The notes beneath the pieces were generated by a model. It worked only from the letters and a program-made list of their open reading frames with translations, was not told the origin of the DNA and made no database searches. Source: Raillietiella orientalis (Eukaryota). From it: a stretch of 53,909 nucleotides of DNA. Shown here piece by piece: positions 25,281-36,227 of this stretch (position 1 is the first letter of the stretch; the number at the start of each line of letters is the position of its first letter). The position numbers and the translations under genes are program-made. The DNA lies in the NCBI GenBank assembly GCA_036172245.1, contig JAYWIR010000161.1:1-53909 (forward strand), written 5' to 3'.

Positions 25281-28200
25281 GCCGTACTGAGAAACACCTT
25301 TCCAATCCACGAACCGGGAAATATCCGAAAAACCTCGGTAGGAAAGGTTGGAGAGTAAGAAGATGGTCACAGGGCGAAGACTTCCAGCTCCAATTAGCTA
25401 TACCCTCCCAAACCGGCAAACTCTCAATCCAACGTAGGGAACACTGCGGCGGCTACGAAAGCCGTAGCAAGTCGACTCGACACGTTTCCCCAAGTGCCAC
25501 AAGGGGTGGGGTAAATTCATTTCTTAAAAATTTCTCTACAAAAACATTCACATTACAGTCTCATTCATACTATTTGCACTGCTTTTATTACTCTGAAGTC
25601 CAGGGGTACACAAGTTCTGCACTCATGGTGGCATTCCTGCTGTTTGGTCCCGGGCGTCCTCTTCTATCCACTTCAGGATGAATCGGTACGTCCAGGCGTG
25701 GATTTTCCCACAGTTCCTAATGCCGATTTCCCTCTTGAATAGCCCTTGTTGGCTCTCCATTTGTGGTGCGGCTCTCCTGGCTTTCCTCATTTTCCACCAC
25801 CGCACAGGTATGGCAATGATGAAGAGGGCAATGGTTGTCCTCACCATGGGATTGTAACAGGGAACGTTGCCACCACCCTGAAACACATCGGCGTGGATCT
25901 CCATTACGGATCTGTTGGTGAGTCCGATGATCCTTTTCAGGATCAGCCAGTCATGCAGAAATGTGGGACACGTCAAGACCTGCAGTCTTGTCTCGCTGTC
26001 TTCACATGCCGTGTAGTCTCCATCATCTTGTCTTCCGGTATAGTACTGCAATCGGGACCCACTCAGGATTCCTCCATGATAAAAAATCAGGAGGTCATCC
26101 TGGGTGCCCGGCGGAAGGTCACTCCTCCAGAGCATCGTTCCGATCGCTAGCAGCTTGATACAGTCACTTCCTTAGTGGTCGGCGGCTTCCTAGAGGGCAC
26201 TGATGTCACGGTCTTCTTCGCGAATTAATCTTCGAAGGCTTGTTTTGAATACCCTGGACCAAGCGAAGTCGTTGTGGTTAAGCCACACCTCGCGGGTCAT
26301 GTGGGTAAACCTTCCTAATATCATCTATATATACCTAAGTATACGAGTCTGATGCAGGCACCCTCCTCGCCTCCACCCCTGGATTCTATGTAGGGTAACT
26401 CTGGACCGTTGGTAGATCCAGCTTCTCGTGTCTGGCGGGACAGGAAGCATCCAAGGGATCACCAGGATGGACTCGTCCTGCCAGAGTTCCCTACTTCTCG
26501 GCACGATATTGATTTTGTGCTACCGCACTAGCCGTTGCTTCCTCGTCCAGGCTGGGTCGATTTTTTTCCATTCGCCTGCTCGGCCTAGCAGCGCAGTCAT
26601 CAGGCCTTTCGAGTTGTTCAACAACAACGCGTAGGCCCTGTGCGCCGCATACGGCCAGTCATCCCAGTGAGTGGCAATGTCCAGGATGTGTCGCTTATCC
26701 ATGATTTCTATGGAGTGTGCAGGCGACTTCATCCCGGAACCGCCTTCTTCCCTGGGACGACACAGGGTTTTTAGTCGGACTCTTGGGCGATAGTGGCCCC
26801 ACAGTGTTTTTCTCTGCAGCTTGTCGAACTCCCTCGTGGTTTCCTTTTTCATCCTCGCGAAGGCCGCCCCAAAGAGCACTTTTGGAAGGAGTACTCCGTT
26901 TCCCATGTTGGCCTTTCGCTTCATCCCAGGGTCCGTTCGGGTGAAGTTGGCTGCTTCCTTGGCCGTTTTCCCAAGGATCCCGGTCCAGAATAGCTTCGAC
27001 GCGGAGTCGTCGCCAATGTAGACATCCAGGTACTTAGCTGTGTCCACCGTTCGGAATTCTCTTTCCACTAGAGCGGAGAGATCGACGATTCCAACATGCA
27101 AGAGCTGGCTTTTCTGGGCGTTGATCTTTAAACCCAGGCCTTGATCCATGAGGTCTACCACATCCAGAAAAGCTCGTTGATTTCTCTCTGCCTCGATGGT
27201 GAAGTGTACATTATCAGAGTATGCCAGATGGGTAAGACGCTGGCCATCGACGTTTATGCCTTGTCGTCGTCCGCTCTTCTCGATAACGGACGACAACGCC
27301 TATATACAGATGACGAACATCTTCGGACTTAGCGAATCGCCCTGCCGGACTTCCCTTCCATTTGGATTGCAGTAGTCTCCTGACCGTTGATTTCGATTCG
27401 GCAGTACTGGTTCTGGAGTACCACCCTCATGAAGTTGCTGAAGTGTTCCGGAAGGCCTAGCTTCTTCTGAACCTTCAGCAGCATCCCATGGTCGATGGAG
27501 TCGAAAGCCTTCTCCATGTCAGTGAACACCAGCGCCAGATTCTCGCCGACGTATCGGCTGAGTCCGACGGTGGCCTGGGCACACTTGACATTGTCCGACA
27601 TGTGACGTCCAGGGACTGCACTCGTTTGGACCGGAGAGATGAGCCTCGACATGACCTTGCCTAAGCGGTTGGACCAGATCTTCGCCAACCACTTGGCATC
27701 GGAGTTCAGGATCGAGATTGGCCTCCATTGAGCGACCTGCGTGAGGTCGCCTCCTTTTGGCAACAATCTCATCCGACTCTCGTAGAAGGACAGTGGAAGT
27801 CTTCCTTCTTCGCGGATGCAGAGGGTCAACTGGTGGAACAAACGCAGGTAAGCATGCAAGTACCGCTGATAGTGAGTGATGGGTACGCTGTCAGGGCCCG
27901 CTGCCACGTCCTTGCGAAGTTGCCCAAACGCAGTCTTCACCTCATCTTCGGAGAATTCCTTTTCCAGTCTGCACCGCTGGAGGTCGTCGGTCCCACTCTC
28001 GAGAAAGCTCATAAAGGCTTGTTGACTAGAGCGACAGAGATGTTTTCGCCCCAAGTGTTTCCTGTAATGCCTGTGAAAGGCTTCCAGGATATCCTCGGAC
28101 GACTGTCGCTCTTGACCGTCGTAATGGATGCAGAAGACATGTTGCCAGATTTCTCTTCTCCAGTACTCCGACATCTTCTTTTATGTTGTTGAAGACGTAC

Positions 28201-31075
28201 CGACTCTCGTACTGATCGAAGTACTTTGAGAGTGAGCGATCTTGGATCTTCAGCTCCCGGGACGCTTCCTGCATCAAGCGCCTATCCACGAATTGCATAT
28301 TTGCAAACAGGAGTATCCTGTGTTTCAAGCTGTCCCAGTCGGCGACTCTTCTGATTTTTGTGGTCTTCAGAATCGTCTCCAGGATCTCCTCATGTCCAGG
28401 ATGTGTCTCGAAACAGGCGGCCATGTTGATGAGCGCCGCCCAGGCGCCTTGCCTCCGCCCAGGATTCTCCGTTCTTAGGGAAAACCGCATCAACGGGTGA
28501 TCGTACAGAGTGCTCAATGTGTCTCGAAAACCCTGAATGCGATTCCCAAGTTCGGTGCTGTGCAGGACGTGATCGATCGGCTTGTGACTTGCTGTTCGCC
28601 ACAGCAGTCCGAACTCGTCGGAAAGCCGCCAATACTCCGTCCATCTTCTGGAGTCTAGGGAATGAGTGATGTCATCCAATATGTTGAGATCGCCAGAAAC
28701 AATCACGAGGTCCTTAGGGGCGACCTTTTCAGAGAATGCTGCATAAAGCGCCTCCGCACAACGATGTTTCAGCCTGTGGGGCCCGTACTCGTTCACCAGG
28801 ATGAGTGGAACAGTAGCGGACCAGGCCTGTCGCACGCCGATGATTCGTCCGGGTTGGGGACAGAACACTTCCAGAATAGTGGTGGCAAAGTGTTTCTTCA
28901 TTAGAACCGCCACACCCTGCGTGTTCCGTTTTACCTCGCGTACAAACATCTGCTCGTTGAATCGCCGTTCCATTCGCTGACAAATTTCGAGACCCATATT
29001 GTGGGTCTCCTGCAGGCCTTCTATGTCTTGTTGTGCCATGTTCTACACAATCATTTTTTTTTCCCCAGTCGACCACAGCGTTTACATTCCAGGAGGCGAT
29101 GTTCAGCCTCCTAGCAGTCGATAGGGAAGAGGCCATAAAAGGGGAAGACCTATTTCTTCGCATTCCTAAGCTTCTTCTGTCTGAGAGAGCATGCTCTTCC
29201 AGACGACGAAGAAGCAGCGGGCTTCTGGCTGCCGGAGTCTCTCTCCGTTCCTGTGAGGTCGATTATTTCCGTTTCCTCCTTCGAGTGTTCGGCATGCGCG
29301 ATCAATTTTCGACATAGCCCACCCATGTCGACCTTGGCGCACAAGATCGCCTTTACGTCGAGAAGCTGTTCCTCTCTCTAGCTTCTTTCGCTCGGTGACC
29401 TCCACAACCTGGTTGACGTTCTCCTTTGCATTGCAGATCTTCTGCAAGATTTTCTCTTGCTGGGGACCGCTCTGCACATCTATAACTTCATTAGCCAGTG
29501 ATGTTGGCTCCTCCGTAGATTGCAGGGCCTCCTGCGACACCGCACTGGCTTCGGCTATTTCTTCTTCCGCGCCTTCCTGCGCTACCTTCATCTTCTCGCC
29601 TTCTTGCTCTTCACCTTTTAGGATAAGAGGGGTTTCTTGCTCCTTGACGTGCACCCTTCTCTTTCCTCTCTTCCCTACCTGTATGAAGCCGTCTTGCGAT
29701 ACCGGGACGGTTTCTTTCACCTTCTTCGGCCTCCCTTCCAACTTCTGAGGCTGTTTGGCCTCCTTGATGTTTCTCTCTCTCACGGGAGAGAGTCCTCTAA
29801 TCCTTCTGCAATTGGCGAAAACAAGACAGCTCCATTTAGCACGTCCGCGTTTCTTGCAGAAGGAGCACACCTCCGGCTGCGGACAGTTTCGGACTTGATG
29901 TCCTACTCAGCCGCAGCGGAAACAACGACACGTTGGGCAAGCGCCGGCCCTGCGGCCAAACTCCTTGCACCCGGTGCAGAATATCGACTGTTGCCGGTAA
30001 CGCACGTTCAAACCCTGGGATCGTTCGTCAAGAAAGGCTAATCCAGGGATAACAGTTCCCTCTTTCTACTTCATTTCGGCGATCATGTCGCCAGAAAATA
30101 TATTTCCAGAGAAGTTCTGGAATTCAAGGTCCAGAACTTCCCCATACTGCTCCAAAAAGTTCCACACCGTTAGTTGCGGTGTGAGGATGGAGATGCCGTT
30201 TAAAAAGACGGTTGTGTATGGCATCTCGCCAATACCACAAACCATCCGTCCTTGTATATTGATCCCCTTCTGGATCAATCGCTCTCTAATCTTTTCACAG
30301 TCTGTGAAGACTGTGAACCCGTTGTTTGCTGGTATGATCGCCTGTATGCTATCAAAATTCATGTCCGTTTTATCGAGGGACAGATACACCTCCCTGATAT
30401 TACTGAACTTGATCAGCCCAGTCTTCAAAATGATGGGCTTCACATTCGGCCCAAACTCCACGATCGGCCGATCCACCTTTTGGACTTTACCGCATAGCGG
30501 CTTCCCGGATTTTCTAGGTGGGTGGACACTCGCTTGTCCAGCCGCCACCGACGCATAGGGAAAGGGCTGCGCCGCCGCAGCTGAAGAAGATGACGTCTCG
30601 CCCTGAACCGCGTGGACGCCCGCGGGTCCTGCCTGGGACGCCGCCGCTCCGAGCGCAACCCTCGACGTCGCCACCGTTGCCACCGCGGGCGGCACCCTCG
30701 GCATCGGCGCCGCAGGCGCGACCTTCCCCGCCGCGGGCACGATCCTCGGCGTCGCCACCGTGGGCACGACCTCCCCCGTCCTCGCCGCGGGCACGACCCT
30801 TGGCATCGCCGCCGCCGGCGCAGCAAATCCAGCCGCGGGCACGATCTTCGTCTTGCCTTCCACCGCCTCGCCATTGCTGCACGTTACCTCCATGGCTTCC
30901 ATGGGGGACGACGTTATCTCCACTCCTCCTCTAGGTGCCTGCATCCTGGCAGCTGGTCTTGCTGCACGGGACCACGGCAGGTCTTTTGCCGCGATCTCCT
31001 CGGCGCTTCTTTTGTAGTTTCGTCTGGAAAACTTCCCCTCTCCGGACACACACGAGCACAATTATGTGATTAAGT
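25281..31075 (-). mobile_element. Near full-length (~5.8 kb) decayed L1/Tx1-type element of a distinct family
   Basis: Colinear ORF1 (30066..31061, then knuckles CSFCKKRGRAKWSC), EN (IASWNVN, LQETH, GDLN, IDH, YDH), RT (QWRPISILNSD, DMEKAFDSIDH, LAYSDN, KYL) and degenerate C-terminal CCHC (25623..26135). Confidence 0.92.
30630..30850 (-). repeat. GC-rich coding tandem repeats in ORF1 (PRxVPAA units)
   Basis: KIVPAAG..MPRVVPAA..TPRIVPAAG..MPRVPPA. Confidence 0.7.
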
Positions 31076-33985
31076 TGTCGAGCGCACAATACTTTGAGCC
31101 GCGAAGCAAGTTCACCGACTTGGCAGGAGATGAGCAATCTCCCGACTGTCAAGAAGGTGACTCCGTTGCCGCCTTTTAAAGGCGTAGCGAAAGCAACGCC
31201 CCTACAGAACGCAGCGAAAATCCCGGAGGTTTCCGCAACTACTGTCGCGGAAGCCTCCGAAAATCGCAAAAGCGAATGGAAGGTTGTGGAGAGGAGGAAA
31301 GAAAAATCTCCAAAAAAAGCTCCGCAACATCCATTCCTGAGCTCTTCCAAAGGAAAAAGCAGTCGTGGGAATACGAAAACACGCGCGGCTTGTGCCTCTT
31401 CCAAGGAAAAAGCCAGCGCCTTCAACGCGTGCAAGTCCGCTTCTGTGACCGCCGAGAAGACCATTCCGATGCAATCGGACGGATGCAAGCGCACGTCGAT
31501 CGTGCGAGCATCAGACTCCGCAAAGGACTCCGATAGCCCAGCTGAACGACGCGTTACTCGCGCGGGAGCGAGCGCCCGCAGGGCTGAAGCCCTGAGGCGT
31601 GACACACTCGTCGCGGAACGGCGAGCGCTTACCCCGGAACGCACAGGTTCTGCACCTGGGGAGGAGCACCCGATTACGTGCAGCACAGTTGAGGCCGGTG
31701 GCGACTGCGCCCTCCAGCCCGTCGTGCTGCTTACTGCCCGCTCGCCGGGTGAGGCGAGCTCCACGGCCTCGCTTTCCCAGCCGTGATGAGGGCAATCGCG
31801 TCTTCTCGTCGTCTTGCCGTAACGTCTTGGAACGTCAACGGGCTCCAACACGAGGAGAAAAGGCGACTAGCGAATTGACGCTCTTGCAGGAGATTCACAG
31901 CATCTCCGGAGAGCAGGCTGCCGAAATCGAACGGCGCGCGGGCGGAACGCTACTTTATAGGTGCGGCGTTGCACTTACGTGCGGCATCGCTTTCCTCGTG
32001 CGATGAGCTTTGGCGGAAGCGGTGCGCAGCGTTCGTTTCGACACAGAAGGCCGAGTGGGACAGCTTGCACTCAAGTGGTCCGACTCGATCGACCTTGTCG
32101 TAACCAACGTGTACGCGCCGAGCGGTGCTGGACGATGGGCCGAAAGTATTCATTTCTTCGGTACCCTTCAAAGCCAGTGGCTCACTCGATCTCACCCTAC
32201 TGTGGCCCATCTCATTGCGGGGAAATTTTACGTCCATCTGCTTTCCGAGAATAGATCCCACAAAAGGGAAAAGTTGCTAGCGGAAGAGATGTGCGCGTCC
32301 GTGCACGCGTGCAACTTGTTCGCTGGCGACCCTGTTATGGCAGCAACGCCGGACCACGTATACCTTGAGGAACACTTGCTCAGTCGAGTGGGTCGGAGAG
32401 GTCCCGTGCCATCCGTGCTTTCAGACCACAACAGGCTCGAGTTCAAGATGCTCCCGCCAGGCAAGGGGCCACCAAACTGTTTTTGGAGGATGCCAGCAGA
32501 CTGGCTAAGTCACCCGGTGGTGGTGGAGCATCTTCGCCAGTACCTCCGCTGCTCCGCCATCTGTTAGCTATCGGATTGGGACCATCTGAAAAAATCGGTC
32601 CGCGAATTCTTCTGCCGGTTACCCTTGCACCAGCTTCCGCGCGGCTTCGGAGAGTCCGTAGCCAACAGCAGAGAATTTATGCAAGCTGGCTCCTTGTTCA
32701 GGCGCGCGGACGTTGGTCGATTACCCGAGTACAAGGCCACTGCCGAGCTCCAGGTCTAATAGTCAGGGGCGACAGTTCTGCTCGACGACCAGGACCGGGA
32801 ATGCTCGGCTCCAGCCGACGTGCGACGGATAGTCAGGCGCTATTACTCTTCTCTGTATGCAGAGGCACCGACGGAACGGAGCCTCTCCCGGCTGCTTCTG
32901 CCGATTGATGCACCTGTTGTGGACGAGGAGGAACGCGCGCGTCTTGATGAGCCCTCCACGGCAGAGGAAATTTCCTCGGCTATATCGGGGATCAAGAGAC
33001 AAAAAGCGCCAGGCGAAGATGGGCTCCGCGCGGAATTCTTTCAGTGTTTTGCGGCGGAACTCATCCCCCTGGTGCTCCAACTCTCGTCGCTGATGCGAGA
33101 CTCGGGCGATGTCCCGCCTCGTTTCGCTCAACGAAGGTGCGTCTACTGCCGAAAGGCGGAGGTTTGCGCCAATTGAACAACTCGCATCCGATCACATTAG
33201 TGAATTCGGACGTAAAGTTGTTCTCGAAACTTTGGGTGGCGCGGATGGGTAGGATCGCGGAATCCTTGGTAAGTCCGGAGCAGACGTACGCTGTTCCTGG
33301 GCGGTCCATGGACGCGAATCTCTTGTTCATCCGCACATGGCTTCAATAGCATCATCGCATGGCGATGGATCGTCGTGCGGAAGCGACGCCTTTGATCTCT
33401 CACCGACGGAGGCGCGAGTCGCAATGGAAAACCCCGGGAGCCTTGGCGGTTGCAGTCGATTTCCACAAAGCTTTCGATTGCGTTAACCAAAAGCTTCTTC
33501 TTGAGCTCTTTGATCGTCTGGGCCTCCTTGCATCTTTATTGGCATACTTGCGCTCCTGCTGGCGCCACCCGATCACATCCATTGTTTTCTGTGGCTCTCG
33601 TGTGTACAGCGTGCCAGTGCGGCGAGGAATTAGGCAGTGCGATAGCTTAAGCCCGCTGCACTTTACCATCTATTTTGAATTGGTGCTGGAGGCTTACAGG
33701 CTGACGCTAGCAACCCTGCCGAGCTCCTCTCCAGGTACGCCGTCCGTGGCAGCCTATGCAGACGACCTGCTTCTTCTGTTGCCCATGTCCACCCCGGCAG
33801 CGTCACTTGAAGATTTCTTTGAGTTGATCCGTCGCGGTGCAGGCGTGAGCGTCAACAGAAGCAAATGCGTGGTTGTTCCGCTGCGAGCGACGTGGGAGGG
33901 GCATTCCAAACAAATCTGTTTCGGGGTCTCCACAGGCAGGTACCTGTGGTACCTCGGCGAGCCGTTGGGAGACTTTTGCACCTCG
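31076..33985 (+). mobile_element. LINE from the ORF1 tail through EN and RT, 3'-truncated
   Basis: ORF 31094..31786; SWNVNGL near 31825; VTNVYAP, PDH, LSDH; KAPGEDG; ORF 33359..34108 (DFHKAFDCV, AYADD, YLG). Confidence 0.9.
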
Positions 33986-36227
33986 AGAAACGGCGTCTGC
34001 AAAATCACTCATTTAGCAGGCAACCCGGAGTTTCGTTCTTCCTGCTATCATGCAGGAATCCTCACAGCGTGCCGGTTGGCAACTGTCTCCCCTTGCCCTG
34101 ATTCCTGAGGGACGTCAGCGGCTATCTGAGAGGCAACTTAACTTTCAACACCTCACCTTTTTTTAACTAAAAAAAAGTAGCAAATGATCTGCATAGGCAG
34201 CCACGGCAGGCGTTCCCAGGCAAGAGCTAGGCAAGTATTCCAGCGTCAGGCTGTACGTTCTCAGCATCAAGTCAAAGATGCTGAAGAGCAACTGGCTTAA
34301 ACTGTCGCCCTGCCTGATGCACCTGCGTACGGGAATACCTTACACGTGGCAGCCGCTGAAAGAAATGCAGGTTGGCGCGTGGCGTCAGCAAGCGCATAAG
34401 TAATTTAAAAGTTGGGCCGGGACACCGAGGCATTCCAAAAGCTCCAAGAGGAGTCTTTGTTTTACGCAATCGAACGCCTTGTGGAGGTCGACTGCGTCCT
34501 CCAAGGCACCCGACGTTCCCTCCTGCCGCTTCTGCCGATACCGTGTGCCTTTGTCAGCGGCCTTAGACATGGATCGTCTTTGCTGCGATACGCTCTCTCG
34601 CAGCTACATCCATGTGCGGGCAAACAGGAGGTTCACGTCCGTGGACCGCACGGAGTAAGTATGCTCGGGACTTATCAAGGACTGCGCGACTCTTACTAGT
34701 CGCGCTACCCGCATCTTGGAGAATAATTTGACGTCCGAGTTCACTAAGGTGATCGGACGCCAGTGGTTCAGATGACGTCGTCTCCACCATTCGGCAGGAG
34801 ACGCACCCTCGCTGAGCGGAAGGAACTGGGGACATCCTCCGAAACCCTCATCAGCGATGAGAGGATAAGCACCAGGGGGACCAGCTCCGCCGCGAAGCAG
34901 TGATAAAATTCCGCAAACAGCCCATCCTCGCCTGGCGCTGTTCGTCTCTTGAGCTTCGCGATTGCAGAGGAAATTTCCTCCGCCGTGAAGGACTCGTCGA
35001 GACGTGAGCGTTCCTCTTCGCTAACAACGGGAACATCCTGGGAAAGTAGTATCTCCGAAAAGATATTTGTCGTAGGCGCTTCCGCGTATAACGAGATGTG
35101 ATAACGCCTTACAATGCGGCGAATACCGGCTGGTGTCGAGCATTCCAGGCTTTGTTCGTCGAGAAAGCAAGATGCTCCAGACTGCCAGACCTGGCGCTTG
35201 CCCATAGCCTTGTATTCCGCAAGCCGGCTGACATTCGTGCGTCTCGAAAAGGTGCGCGCCTGCAGAGAAGTCTTGCTGCTGGTGACACCTTCGCCGACCT
35301 GCCCAGCCAACGAATCGGCCCATCTCCTGCAGCAGGGCCAGGTCGAACGCACGCAGGGTGTTGGCCGTATCCCGCTTGTTGCCGTCGCCGCGCAGCCCGT
35401 TGACATTCCAACAAGCCACGCGGATCCGATGGCGACAGGCGAGCCCAGGTGCTAATCCTGGGAAATCGGCATTGCGGCGTCCGCCACCTGTTGGGGCTCG
35501 ACGCTAGGAGGAGGAGGGAGGTGCTTCGGGCACCTTGTCTTCCTCCTCCATTGGGGCCGGTGTGTCCGGCGACTATGACGAGGGAGGTGTCGCGCCTACC
35601 TGTTCACCCTCCTCCATTGGGGCGGGCTGCTCGGGTTCGGCGTATGCAGGGAAGCCTTCGCTCCATTGCTCACCCTCCTACGTGGAGGTCGTCTGCTTAC
35701 CGGCTTCCGAGCGTGAGAGTTCCCCCTCCGGGTTTCCCACGCTTCCATCGGCTTCCGGCTTCTCTTTCTCGCTCGTAGACGGGAGGCGCCTCCTAGACTT
35801 TGGGGAATTTCGTCCCGCTTTCCGGGATGGTGCCTTCGCGGAGGAAGATAAACTTCCCGCCCCCAGATCGGACTCATCTGCGGGGCCTTCCTCGTTGTAG
35901 CCGGCTTCCGCATGGCCATGCGTGAAGGGTTCTCACGCTCGGCAAGTATTGCCGCGAGCTCCTCCGCCGCCTTCTCGAAAGCGGCGTCCTCGTTTGCGGC
36001 GGTCGCGTCGCGCGGCCCACGGTCTGTTGAAACAGACGGTTCGCCTTCGCGAACCTCAGGCGCGGCGCAAACGGCGAGAGGAGGATCTTCGCTCCGGGTG
36101 GCAGCTTTGGGAATGGCGACGCGCTCCAGTGCTACCGAGCACTCACGGAGGGTTCCGGCACGCGGCTTCTTTTTTTTGAATCGCGACAGGCGCGACTTTT
36201 CTCCTTTTCCCCCCAGGCAGGTCGGCG
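33986..36227 (-). mobile_element. Internally deleted LINE: ORF1 tail, EN start, RT, plus a short C-terminal scrap (33990-34150)
   Basis: ORF 35596..36234 (RECSVAL); MACWNVNGLRG..LALLQE; TAPGEDG; DLHKAFDCV. Confidence 0.85.
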
